Shown here: in pieces, positions 52,626 to 62,132 of the stretch
How the letters are laid out: each line of letters begins with the position of its first letter
Position numbering within the stretch: position 1 is the first letter of the stretch
Source of the DNA: an uncultured Verrucomicrobiae bacterium
GTDB taxonomy: Bacteria > Verrucomicrobiota > Verrucomicrobiia > Chthoniobacterales > UBA10450
Direction of reading: 5' to 3'
Assembly (NCBI GenBank): GCA_963801815.1
Contig: CAWDGJ010000008.1
Span: forward strand, 1 to 64,000
Length of the DNA: 64,000 nucleotides
Program-made: the position numbers and the translations under genes
The notes under the pieces: model-generated
Database searches by the model: none
Told to the model about the DNA's origin: nothing
The model's input: the letters and a program-made list of their open reading frames with translations, nothing else

Positions 52626-53812
52626 TCGGCGAAACGATAAGTGCGCGGCGCGAATTTCTTGCGGGTATCGAGAAACAACGAAAGCGCGACGTAAACCGCA
52701 ACAATGACCGCAAACGACCAGAGCCATCCGGCCAGACGCCGGCCATTGTAATACCAGACCGCCGCCGAAACGAGGCAGGTGAATGCCATCGGCAGCATGA
52801 ACTTCCAGGCGAAGTTCATCATCTGGTCCACCCGAATGCGCGGCAAGGTGCCGCGGATCCAAATGAAAACGAAAAGCAACACCGACAATTTCGCGAAGAA
52901 CCAGACATAGGATGGGACAAACGCGAGCCACGGCAGCGGCGCGTGCCATCCGCCGAGAAACAGGGTCACCGCCAGGCCGCTGACCGCAAACATCCCGAGA
53001 TATTCCGCCATGAAAAATGTGGCGTACTTGAACCCAGAGTATTCCGTCATGTGACCGGCCACGATTTCCGACTCGCCCTCCGGGACGTCGAACGGTGTTC
53101 GATTTGATTCCACGAGTCCGGAAACGAAAAACAAAATGAAAGCGGTCGCTCCCCACGGCGTCAGCACGAACCAGTGCGGCAGGAACCCAAAGTGATAATA
53201 CTTTTGCGCGAGGACGATTTTGTCGGGATTGAGCGAACCGACGACCATCACCACGGGCAACACTGTAATAATGAGCGGTAATTCGTAACTGATCATCTGC
53301 GCGATCGCGCGCATGGCGCCGAGCATGGAGAATTTGTTGTTGCTGCCCCAGCCCGCCATGAACACGGCCAGCTCCGTGGTCGATCCGACGGCGAAGAAAA
53401 ACAGAATCCCGCCGTCAATGACGAACGGCGTCATGTTTCGACCGTAGGGAATTACGCCGAGCGCGAGGATCGCCGCAGCTGCGACCAGGATCGGCGCGAA
53501 AAAATGGACAACCTTGTCCGCGCGCGCGGGCACAATGTCTTCCTTGATCAACATTTTGATGCCGTCGGCCACCGGTTGGAGCAGGCCGAACGGACCAACC
53601 CGGTTCGGGCCATAACGATTTTGCATCCGGCCCAGGATTTTTCGCTCGAGCACCGACATAAGCGCGAAGAGCGTCAAAAAAACTCCCAGCAACAGGGCGA
53701 TGTTGAGCAGGCTGGACACGATTTGAATCAGCCAGCCCGGGACGCGTCCGTTCAGGAACGAAAGCAGCCAATGTTTCGTGTAAATGAAGACTTGGTCGAG
53801 AGATTGACTCAC
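52622..53812 (-). CDS. nuoH: NADH-quinone oxidoreductase subunit H
   Basis: ERKILGRMQNRYGPNRVG, AQMISYE, NRTPFDVPEGESE. Confidence 0.95.
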   Translation of the reverse strand: MSQSLDQVFIYTKHWLLSFLNGRVPGWLIQIVSSLLNIALLLGVFLTLFALMSVLERKILGRMQNRYGPNRVGPFGLLQPVADGIKMLIKEDIVPARADKVVHFFAPILVAAAAILALGVIPYGRNMTPFVIDGGILFFFAVGSTTELAVFMAGWGSNNKFSMLGAMRAIAQMISYELPLIITVLPVVMVVGSLNPDKIVLAQKYYHFGFLPHWFVLTPWGATAFILFFVSGLVESNRTPFDVPEGESEIVAGHMTEYSGFKYATFFMAEYLGMFAVSGLAVTLFLGGWHAPLPWLAFVPSYVWFFAKLSVLLFVFIWIRGTLPRIRVDQMMNFAWKFMLPMAFTCLVSAAVWYYNGRRLAGWLWSFAVIVAVYVALSLFLDTRKKFAPRTYRFAE

Positions 53813-54081
53813 CCTCGATGAAGAAAAGCGGGGCTGATTTATTTAATCAAGGAAGAACCGCTCCCGACCACGCCACATTTGTTCGGTTTAGCGGGACTAC
53901 AGCTAAAACCGGTGCTGGCTGCCGTATGGCAAGAGAGTAGTAATATTATTTCTGTTTATCAGTGTAAATCTGTGTTGAAACTCACTCGCCTCCCGGCTCG
54001 TTCGCCACTACCCTTGTGGCTTTACCTTCTATGTCGCTCGTCCCGCTCGCTCCATTGATCTGTGGCTGATTGTTTCCAGGA

Positions 54082-54456
54082 ATGACTCCAAACCCATATT
54101 TGTTCATCGTCGTCTTCGCGGGAGTGGCGCTGATGTTTCCGCTGTTGCCGCTCGCGCTCGCCTGGATGTGGCGAAGATTTTTTCAACCACCGAAACCAGG
54201 CGCCGAGAAGAATGCCATCTACGAATGCGGCGTGGAATCGACGGGCGAGGCCCACGTCCAGTTCCGGTCCCAATATTATCTCTACGCGATCATTTTTCTG
54301 ATCTTTGATGTGGAAGCGATTTTTCTGGTCCCGTTCGCGGTCGCGTTCACCGGCCTTCCGTTCGGCGCATTCATCGCCATTCTTGTCTTCCTGTTACTGT
54401 TGATCGAGGGACTGGTGTGGGCGTGGGGCAAAGGTTGTCTAAATTGGGCACGCTGA
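54082..54456 (+). CDS. nuoA: NADH-quinone oxidoreductase subunit A
   Basis: YECG, FLIFDVE; divergent from nuoH. Confidence 0.93.
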   Translation: MTPNPYLFIVVFAGVALMFPLLPLALAWMWRRFFQPPKPGAEKNAIYECGVESTGEAHVQFRSQYYLYAIIFLIFDVEAIFLVPFAVAFTGLPFGAFIAILVFLLLLIEGLVWAWGKGCLNWAR

Positions 54457-54550
54457 AGCGGTGGTGATAAGAAGCTAAAAGCGTTACATCGTTACAATGG
54501 CGACGACTCTTTTGTAACCGTTGTAACTCATGTAACTTTGTAACGAGCTC

Positions 54551-55174
54551 ATGAGCGAACAAATCGACGAGAAATTACGCAGCGAGCTGCAACGCCAGGG
54601 CATTTGGGTCACATCCGTGCAGGAGCTTTACAACTGGGGCCGGAAGAATTCGATCTGGCCACTCCAGTTCGGGCTCGCCTGCTGCGCGATCGAAATGATT
54701 GCGACGGCAGCGTCGCGTTACGACATTGCGCGATTTGGCGGTGAGGTTTTTCGCCCTTCGCCGCGACAGGCCGATCTCATGATCGTCGCGGGCACGGTCA
54801 CGAAAAAAATGGCGCCACAAATCGTGCGGCTTTACAACCAAATGCCCGACCCAAAGTACGTGATCTCGATGGGCGCGTGCGCGATTTCGGGCGGTCCGTT
54901 CAAACAAGGTTACAACGTGCTCAAAGGAATCGATCGTTACATTCCAGTGGATGTTTACATTCCAGGTTGTCCGCCGCGGCCGGAGGCGTTGCTTCACGCC
55001 TTCATGGAATTGCAACGCAAGATCGACAGTCAAAAGTTGAGCGGCGAGAACAAAGCAGAATTTTTGAAACCAGGAGAGCCGAGTGAATTTCCGGTGCCGG
55101 CATTCGGCGAACACGATTTGAATCCGCCGGCGAACAAAGACGTTTATCAGCCGCCGGTGCTGGAAAGGACATGA
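54551..55174 (+). CDS. nuoB: NADH-quinone oxidoreductase subunit B
   Basis: [24 protein letters not shown]. Confidence 0.95.
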   Translation: MSEQIDEKLRSELQRQGIWVTSVQELYNWGRKNSIWPLQFGLACCAIEMIATAASRYDIARFGGEVFRPSPRQADLMIVAGTVTKKMAPQIVRLYNQMPDPKYVISMGACAISGGPFKQGYNVLKGIDRYIPVDVYIPGCPPRPEALLHAFMELQRKIDSQKLSGENKAEFLKPGEPSEFPVPAFGEHDLNPPANKDVYQPPVLERT

Positions 55175-55181
55175 ACACGCG

Positions 55182-55271
55182 AGGTGGATCGAGCGCTCCG
55201 CGCTCGATGATAGTATTTGGCGGCAAAGCCGCATTATTTTTGACATCGTCCTCGGAGCGGCCGATCCACCT
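55182..55271. repeat. REP-like inverted pair between nuoB and nuoC
   Basis: AGGTGGATCG...CGATCCACCT; the right arm recurs inside nuoM at 46862-46889. Confidence 0.75.
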
Positions 55272-55285
55272 TCGAGCCGTTTGAC

Positions 55286-55972
55286 GTGGAAACTTTAGAG
55301 CAGATCAAAAACCGCGCGGAGCTGGCCGCGCGCGGCGCCAAGATTCAAATCGTCGTTAATCCCGGGCCTTCGGGACAATCCTCACTTTTGATAGACAACG
55401 ACCACGCGGTCGCGGTTGCCACGTTCCTTCGAGATCATCCGGCGCTGAGTTTTGACTTTTGCTCGAACGTCACCGGCGTTGACTGGCTCGATCGCGTCGT
55501 AAAGAAAACGACGAAGGTGAAGCAGGTCGTCGATGGCGTTGAGAAAGAAGTCGATCAGGTAAGCGAGGACAAAATTCCCGGTTATCTCGAAGCGGTTTAT
55601 CATCTCTACTCGGTCAAGCTCAAACACGGCCCGCTCATTATTAGAATGCGGACCGCAAATCGAACGGACAGCGCGCGACTCTCGTCACTCACGCCGGTTT
55701 GGCGCAGCGCCGAACTTCAGGAGCGTGAAATTTTCGATCTCTACGGAATTCATTTCGATGGCCATCCTGATCTGCGCCGAATTTTGATGTGGGACGAGTT
55801 CAAAGACTATCCGATGCGCAAGGATTACGTGCAGCCGGACGATTTCGAATGGGAACCGACGCCGCACGATCAAGTGCTCCAGCGTGCGAAACAGCATTAC
55901 ACGCCGCGTCCAACCTTGGATGGCGCGGAAAAGATTACGTCGCACAGCGACGTGGCTACACCAAACAAATGA
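55286..55972 (+). CDS. nuoC: NADH-quinone oxidoreductase subunit C
   Basis: [28 protein letters not shown]. Confidence 0.93.
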   Translation: METLEQIKNRAELAARGAKIQIVVNPGPSGQSSLLIDNDHAVAVATFLRDHPALSFDFCSNVTGVDWLDRVVKKTTKVKQVVDGVEKEVDQVSEDKIPGYLEAVYHLYSVKLKHGPLIIRMRTANRTDSARLSSLTPVWRSAELQEREIFDLYGIHFDGHPDLRRILMWDEFKDYPMRKDYVQPDDFEWEPTPHDQVLQRAKQHYTPRPTLDGAEKITSHSDVATPNK

Positions 55973-57135
55973 GCGCGACACTGGAAACGATCGAGGCGAT
56001 GGAGCGACCACCGGTCACAATGAGCTCGCGACTCGATGGGGAGTTGCTCGAAGTGTCGATGGGGCCGCAGCACCCGTCGACGCACGGCGTCTTTCGAATG
56101 AATGTCGCGCTCGAGGGCGAGATCGTTCGCAAGCTCAAGCCGGTTTTCGGTTATCTGCACCGCAACCACGAACAAATCGGCGAGCACGCGACTTATCTCA
56201 GTTCGATGCCTTATACCGACCGGCTCGATTATTTTTGTTCGATGACGAACAACTGGGCCTATGCATTAAGCGTTGAAAAGCTCGCCGGTATCGAAGTTCC
56301 CGAGCGCGCGGAATATTTGCGCGTAATTCTGGCGGAGCTGACCCGACTGCAAAATCACGCGTCACTGCTGGGATTTTTGTTGAGTGACATGGGCGCATGG
56401 GGAACGCCGCTGATGTATGCGTTCCGCGAACGTGAGAAGATCCTCGATCTTTTCGAATCGCTCTCCGGATCTCGGATGATGTGCGATTACATGCGGTTCG
56501 GCGGTTGTCGGGTGGACCCGGACGACGCCTGGCTCGGGCGCGCGAAGCAGATTGTCGAACGGTTCCCGAAGTTTCTCGACGAATTCGAGGGATTAATTTT
56601 GCAAAACGAAATTGTGATCGCACGGACACAGAACGTGGGAAAACTCTCTCCCGAGTCAGCGATCAGCGCCGGAATCACAGGCCCCATGTTGCGCGCGTGC
56701 GGCGTGAATTATGATATTCGCAAAGTCGATGGTTACGGCATTTATCCACGATTCAAATTCCGCGTTCCGTTAGGCGATCACGGCGACACTTACGACCGGT
56801 TGATGATGCGCGCGCTCGAGATGCGCGAGAGCGTGGATATCTTGAAACAAGCGCTTCCGCAAATTCCGGCGGGACCAATCGTGAATCCGAAAGTCAAAGT
56901 GCGCGCGTTTCGGCCACCGGTTGGCGAAGCTTACGGCCGAATCGAAGCGCCAAAGGGCGAGCTGGGATTTTATCTGATCAGTGACGGCGGCCCGAATCCG
57001 TATCGTTATCGAGTTCGCCCACCAAGCTTCATCAATCTCACCATTCTCGAAGACATGTGTCTTGGCCACGTGGTGGCCGACGTAATGGTTATTCTCGGCA
57101 GCATCGACATCGTGATGGGCGAAGTCGATCGATGA
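55969..57135 (+). CDS. nuoD: NADH-quinone oxidoreductase subunit D
   Basis: [31 protein letters not shown]; no NiFe-binding CxxC pairs. Confidence 0.95.
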   Translation: MSATLETIEAMERPPVTMSSRLDGELLEVSMGPQHPSTHGVFRMNVALEGEIVRKLKPVFGYLHRNHEQIGEHATYLSSMPYTDRLDYFCSMTNNWAYALSVEKLAGIEVPERAEYLRVILAELTRLQNHASLLGFLLSDMGAWGTPLMYAFREREKILDLFESLSGSRMMCDYMRFGGCRVDPDDAWLGRAKQIVERFPKFLDEFEGLILQNEIVIARTQNVGKLSPESAISAGITGPMLRACGVNYDIRKVDGYGIYPRFKFRVPLGDHGDTYDRLMMRALEMRESVDILKQALPQIPAGPIVNPKVKVRAFRPPVGEAYGRIEAPKGELGFYLISDGGPNPYRYRVRPPSFINLTILEDMCLGHVVADVMVILGSIDIVMGEVDR

Positions 57136-57181
57136 GCGCAGCTCATCGAAGTTGAATCGTTTGTAACTTTTGTAACCTGCT

Positions 57182-57883
57182 TCACTTCAACCAGCCGCCA
57201 ACAGCCTGGACCGGTTCGATGTGATTCGGCGCAGTGATCCACGCGGCAACTGCTCCCGCGCGCGGATCCGCAACGAACGGGATTTCACTTTTACCGCGCG
57301 ACATTTTCTTGTTTGCCAACGACAAAACGACAAAATCCTGATTCAAATTGCGGCCACTATTTTCGCCCGCGCCAACTTTCGTTGTCAGATCAAAGCCAAG
57401 GGTCGCGATATGAAGATCGGCATCGTTTGCCGCGCCATTGGTTGAAGCATATTCAGCGACGATTTTTTGATCTTTGATCGACAATTTCAACACGCCTGGC
57501 TTTTCCGTTGAGACCGTTGGAACACTCCGGCCGGGCCATTCCCGTCCATCGAGCACGAATCCCGGGGTGTAAACGCTCTCACTTTTCCAAGTTTCCGAAT
57601 AGAGATACTGCCGCGCCGTCCACTCTTTCGCGGCGAACGGATCGCGCCAGCCCAGCCGGTCCCAATAATCGACGTGAAAAGCGAGCGGCACGAAATCTTT
57701 CCACAATCGCGCCTCGTTTTTGAGTTTGGAAAGCCAGGCTTCGGCCGGCGGACAACTGCTGCAACCCTGCGATGTAAAGAGCTCGATCAAGTGGGTCCGC
57801 GTCGGTTCGCTTTCGAAAACACGCTCCTCTGCGCGAACCGTTAATACGCAACCCAATATTAATAAAAGAGCAGCCAGTCGCAC
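57182..57883 (-). CDS. DUF1223 thioredoxin-like exported protein
   Basis: ELFTSQGCSSCPPA, FHVDYWD, YTP, GENSGR. Confidence 0.88.
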   Translation of the reverse strand: MRLAALLLILGCVLTVRAEERVFESEPTRTHLIELFTSQGCSSCPPAEAWLSKLKNEARLWKDFVPLAFHVDYWDRLGWRDPFAAKEWTARQYLYSETWKSESVYTPGFVLDGREWPGRSVPTVSTEKPGVLKLSIKDQKIVAEYASTNGAANDADLHIATLGFDLTTKVGAGENSGRNLNQDFVVLSLANKKMSRGKSEIPFVADPRAGAVAAWITAPNHIEPVQAVGGWLK

Positions 57884-57936
57884 CCTGTTTGAAATTTCCT
57901 TGTGAAATATGACGCGCTTTCGGCACATTAAAACAA

Positions 57937-58647
57937 ATGATTGGAACCGGCGTGCTAAAAGGGATGGCAGTGACGCTTCGGAATTTCGCCGGGAGCTACT
58001 TCGAGAAGGAGCGCCTGATCACCGTGCAATATCCCGAAGAGCGCAATCTGCTCCCGGAGAATTACCGGAATTTTCCGTTCCTGATTTACGACGGGAACGA
58101 TCCGCAGGCCGGCTTGCGATGCGTGGCCTGCCAGATTTGCGAAAAAGAGTGCCCGCCGCAGTGCATCTATATAGTTAAGAGCAAGGATAAGAAACCGGAT
58201 TACGTCGGGAAGCCGCAGTTTTATCCGGCAGTGTTCGACATCGACATCTCGGTTTGCATGAGCTGCCAGATCTGCGTTGAGGTGTGTCCGTTCGAAGCCA
58301 TCAAGATGGACAAGGACTTCGAGCTGAGTAAACGCGAGCGGTTCGACAATCTATTGTTCCGCAAAGAACAGCTATCGAAATCGAACGATTACTATCACAA
58401 AATTCATCCGATCGAAGCGGCAGCCGTGGACAAGAATTTAGGGGACGCGGCAGCGGCGGCCGAAGCGAAGAAGAAGGCCGCAGCTGAAGCAGCGGCAAAG
58501 GCAGCAGCAGCAAAAGCTCCTGTAGGAGATGCCGCCAGCGGCGTCCGAGCCGGACTGGCGGATGGGAAGCCAGCGGCTTCCCCTCCGACCACGCCGGGAT
58601 CTACATCAGCACCAGGCCAAGCGCCGCCCGACACAACAAAGCCTTAA
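57937..58647 (+). CDS. nuoI: NADH-quinone oxidoreductase subunit I with Ala/Pro-rich tail
   Basis: TVQYPEE, CVACQICEKECP, CMSCQICVEVCP. Confidence 0.9.
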   Translation: MIGTGVLKGMAVTLRNFAGSYFEKERLITVQYPEERNLLPENYRNFPFLIYDGNDPQAGLRCVACQICEKECPPQCIYIVKSKDKKPDYVGKPQFYPAVFDIDISVCMSCQICVEVCPFEAIKMDKDFELSKRERFDNLLFRKEQLSKSNDYYHKIHPIEAAAVDKNLGDAAAAAEAKKKAAAEAAAKAAAAKAPVGDAASGVRAGLADGKPAASPPTTPGSTSAPGQAPPDTTKP

Positions 58648-58720
58648 AGCGCAGGCGGCCCGCCTTCGGCCTAGGTTCGGCGCGGCAGGCACGGGCAGTG
58701 CTTTGGATCATGGCCCTGCC

Positions 58721-59413
58721 ATGATCTCTCTACTGAAAAAAACGTGTTGGCTCTTAATTATTGCCGGTGGATCGACGTCGGCCGGCTTTGCCCAATCGAC
58801 CTTTTTCGAAGTTGCGTCGACGCCGTACGACCACCAAATGGAGCGGGTTCACCCGACCCTAGCAACACGGTCGACCTACGGCATTTATGGACCATCGTTA
58901 AGCGCCGTAAATCAGTGGATGACGGCACTGCGCGCGATGCCCTATCGCTACTCCCGCAAATGGCAAACACCGTTTGAAGTTGAAACCGCCAAAGTCGGCG
59001 ATTGCAAAGGCAAAGCGCTCGTTCTTTACCATCAGATGCAATCGAACGGCGCCACCCATGTGCGCCTGGTGATCGGAAAACGATGGGCCTACGATTCGCT
59101 TACTCACGCGTGGCTGGAATGGCAAACCAAAGTCGGCACGCTCCTGCTCGACCCGACCTTCAACTGGAACGCCGCCTTCAAATTGCGGGATCCACGAACT
59201 TACATCGCATTCTACGAATACGAAGGCCGTCACAAATACCGAGCCGGCGATTCGTTGCTAGTAAATCGCTCTCGCGCGACTCGCGCGCCGGCGGCCCCGG
59301 CACATGGCGTTAGGGCGAGACCCGTACGATCCGCTTCGAGACTTTGTTCGAACTCATGGTTCGACCAAGGGTCTGTCGACCCGCGATTCTTCTGGAACCG
59401 GCCGGGCCTTTAA
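58721..59413 (+). CDS. Exported transglutaminase-like cysteine peptidase
   Basis: Signal peptide; WQTP, GDCKGKA, HAWL, LLDP (Cys-His-Asp). Confidence 0.7.
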   Translation: MISLLKKTCWLLIIAGGSTSAGFAQSTFFEVASTPYDHQMERVHPTLATRSTYGIYGPSLSAVNQWMTALRAMPYRYSRKWQTPFEVETAKVGDCKGKALVLYHQMQSNGATHVRLVIGKRWAYDSLTHAWLEWQTKVGTLLLDPTFNWNAAFKLRDPRTYIAFYEYEGRHKYRAGDSLLVNRSRATRAPAAPAHGVRARPVRSASRLCSNSWFDQGSVDPRFFWNRPGL

Positions 59414-59415
59414 CT

Positions 59416-60600
59416 TCACGCCTGGCGCAAAGTGAGGTGAACGATTTCGGCCGGCGCGTTCACACGCAATGGAAACCAATTGCCGACGCCGTTTGAGACG
59501 ATCAGTTTGCTCGCGCCACGTTGGTAAAGCCCCGACCAATAACGAAAGAGCGCAGGACCAAAGCCTAACTGTTCATTCAGCATCAACTGGCCGCCGTGAG
59601 TGTGACCTGAAAGTGTCAGAGGCATTCCGGAATCCGCCGCCGCATCGAACGCGTGGGGATGATGCGCGAGTAAAATCGGAAACGCATTCGCGTCGCGCTG
59701 CTCGAGTAGCTTTTTAACTTCCGCTCCAATCGCGGCGTCGCGACCGTCGCCATGAACGCGCGTCCAACGCATTCCGAGAAGTTGCACCGGAAATCCGTGA
59801 ACGTTTACGGTCATCGATTCGTCGAGCAGAAATGGAATGCCAGAGCCGCGCACGCGGGTTTCGAATTCACGCGGGTTCTCGATCAAATCGTGATTGCCTT
59901 CGATGATCGCAAGTCCGAAACGCGCTTCCATCCGTCGCGCTAATCCGAGTCCCGTATCGAGGTCGGCGAGAGCGTCGTTAATTAGATCACCCGTCAGCAA
60001 CACCAGGTCCGCTCGCAGGTCGTTAACAAGGCGTACCGTTTTCTCAAGAACTTCTCCTTTAGTGAATCGCCCGACGTGCATGTCGCTCACTTGCGCAACG
60101 GTCATTCCGTCCAAGGCGCTCGGAAGATCAGCGATGGGCAAGGTGAAACGTCGAACGCGAACATTGTTGAGTTGAGCCATCGCGATTCCGGTCAGGCCGA
60201 GAGTGAAAGCCGGTGGCAGCACTGCGGCGCCAAACCGAAGAAATTCACGGCGACTCCAGCCGGGTCCCTCCGCCGATTGCTCAACAGGCGTCGGCGCTCT
60301 GTGAGACATGATTTTTTGACCAAGCAAAATTGGAATCAGCGCCAAACCGATCAATACGAGCAGCCCGAGGCCGATGAAGTGCCAGATGAAAATTGCCGAG
60401 ACGGCAAATTTCGGAACGACCCGGTCCCAGCTGGCCCGCGACATTCGGGCGGCGATGATTCCGATCAATCCGAGCATCATCGCGAGCATGAAAATCGAAA
60501 TGATAATTCGGCCGGATTGATTACTGAGCCGGGCAAGGACGATCCACCACAGAATGTCCAGTGAAACCATCAACCCAATGATGGTGAAAATGAATCCCAT
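59416..60600 (-). CDS. Membrane-anchored metallophosphoesterase
   Basis: SDMHVG, TGD, GNHD, AHHP, GHTHGGQ. Confidence 0.9.
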   Translation of the reverse strand: MGFIFTIIGLMVSLDILWWIVLARLSNQSGRIIISIFMLAMMLGLIGIIAARMSRASWDRVVPKFAVSAIFIWHFIGLGLLVLIGLALIPILLGQKIMSHRAPTPVEQSAEGPGWSRREFLRFGAAVLPPAFTLGLTGIAMAQLNNVRVRRFTLPIADLPSALDGMTVAQVSDMHVGRFTKGEVLEKTVRLVNDLRADLVLLTGDLINDALADLDTGLGLARRMEARFGLAIIEGNHDLIENPREFETRVRGSGIPFLLDESMTVNVHGFPVQLLGMRWTRVHGDGRDAAIGAEVKKLLEQRDANAFPILLAHHPHAFDAAADSGMPLTLSGHTHGGQLMLNEQLGFGPALFRYWSGLYQRGASKLIVSNGVGNWFPLRVNAPAEIVHLTLRQA

Positions 60601-60629
60601 TTTCAGAATCTACGCGGGTTTTCGCGATT

Positions 60630-60688
60630 TTGGAGGGACGACCTCCGTGTCGTCCAAAAGTGGGACGCGACGGAGCGCGTCCCTCCAA
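60630..60688. repeat. REP-like double hairpin
   Basis: TTGGAGGGACG...CGTCCCTCCAA with two internal hairpins. Confidence 0.75.
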
Positions 60689-60922
60689 TTAACCGCCGTC
60701 GTTACCGATCGCCTCGACCGGGCAACCTTCCATCGCTTCCTTACAAAGGCCTTCCTCCTCGGGCGACTCCGGTTGCTTGTAAACGTAGGAGTGACCGCCA
60801 TCGTCGTTCCGCTTGAAATTCGCCGGCGCAGTCTCTCGGCACAAATCGCAATCGATGCATTGCTCGTCGACGTAGAATTTGCCGGCTGCGTTCTCGGGAT
60901 ACTTGTTGGCGACGTCGGCCAT
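60689..60922 (-). CDS. Ferredoxin (single 4Fe-4S type)
   Basis: CIDCDLC...CPVEAI; acidic 77 aa; purine-rich RBS upstream. Confidence 0.92.
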   Translation of the reverse strand: MADVANKYPENAAGKFYVDEQCIDCDLCRETAPANFKRNDDGGHSYVYKQPESPEEEGLCKEAMEGCPVEAIGNDGG

Positions 60923-60994
60923 AATTTTCTCCGTTAAAGGAGTCGGAAGTTAGGTGGAAACGGTCGGGATGCAACTGTCACTGCGGCTCGCACT

Positions 60995-62017
60995 TCAAAG
61001 CCCGAGAGTTTCGCGCGGGTCGCGGGCGAATTTGAACCCTGATAACGACGGCCCAAAATCGATATCTTTCGCCAGGGCAAGGACTTGGAAGCTGCGGCCG
61101 AGCATTTCGGGATGAAGAAGCGTTTGCAGGGCGCGTTTCGATTTCTCGTCTGTGACGATTTCTTGGAACACCGAAATAATTCCGGTCAGGAAATGGTGCT
61201 GATCGGTAAAGCCCGCGACGCGTAACCCACTTTTCTCGGCCGCGACAGCGATAACAGTCCAGTTGATGTGCGCGGTGATATCGGCGTCACCGATCTCCTC
61301 AAAAGGCGACTCGAGAGAGTGATGGCGAGAGCGGACCTGGAGAACTTCGTGAAAATCGCTTGCGGCAAACCCGTAATCGATCGCGAGCACGAAACCACGC
61401 CGGAGACGAGAGGCGACCTTCTCGACCCAGTTAAGTTGCGAAAAGTTTGTGGTTTGCTTCACCGGTGAATCGATAAAAACGAATTTAGTGCCGCTTAAGC
61501 CGACGAGTTTATCGCGCAGATTGATCGGCATCGCGTCGAGTAACTCGTTCGAAAAATGAATCCCAACGAACGGTTCGAGCTCATCGATCGAGTTTCGCCA
61601 TTGAACGTGACCGCCGAATTCCCGCAACGTTTGCGATTGTCGATTTTGTAATCTCGGAAACGGTTCGACGATTTGATAGCGCATGGCCGGGAAGAATTCG
61701 GGAGATCGTTGCCGCAAGAATTTGAGAACGTCGCTCGCGAATTCGCCGTGATGCGCGCCTTGTTCGACGATCGTGAAGTTGTCGATTTTCCCGAGTCGCT
61801 CCCAAATCTCCGCGAATTGAACGGCGAGCAAACCGCCAAAGAGCGGACCGACGCTGACATTGGTAAAGTAATCGCCGCGCCGGCCAATTGCCGCACGGTC
61901 GCATGAATAGTAGCCGTGGTCGGGATGATAAAGCGCCTGTTCCATGAACCAGGCGAACGGTTGAGGACCATCATCGTCGATCTTGCGGCGGACGATTTGG
62001 ACGAGTTCAGTGTTCAA
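60995..62017 (-). CDS. SAM-dependent methyltransferase, MidA/NDUFAF7 family
   Basis: FMEQALY..GYY, GDYFT, EQGAHHG, SNELLDAMP, IDYG, DITAHIN; probable TTG start. Confidence 0.85.
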   Translation of the reverse strand: MNTELVQIVRRKIDDDGPQPFAWFMEQALYHPDHGYYSCDRAAIGRRGDYFTNVSVGPLFGGLLAVQFAEIWERLGKIDNFTIVEQGAHHGEFASDVLKFLRQRSPEFFPAMRYQIVEPFPRLQNRQSQTLREFGGHVQWRNSIDELEPFVGIHFSNELLDAMPINLRDKLVGLSGTKFVFIDSPVKQTTNFSQLNWVEKVASRLRRGFVLAIDYGFAASDFHEVLQVRSRHHSLESPFEEIGDADITAHINWTVIAVAAEKSGLRVAGFTDQHHFLTGIISVFQEIVTDEKSKRALQTLLHPEMLGRSFQVLALAKDIDFGPSLSGFKFARDPRETLGL

Positions 62018-62132
62018 CCGGAAAACGTCGAACGCGGAACCCTGAACGTCCAACGCAAGAAATTCAGAAGTTCGAGCTCGATGTTGGACGTTGAGCGTTC
62101 GGCGTTTGCTGCCTAAGTTGCTGCCCTTCGCC

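Noticed and set aside
54551..57135. Group 4 NiFe hydrogenase
   Set aside because: The large subunit lacks both CxxC motifs and ends in GEVDR, as NuoD does.
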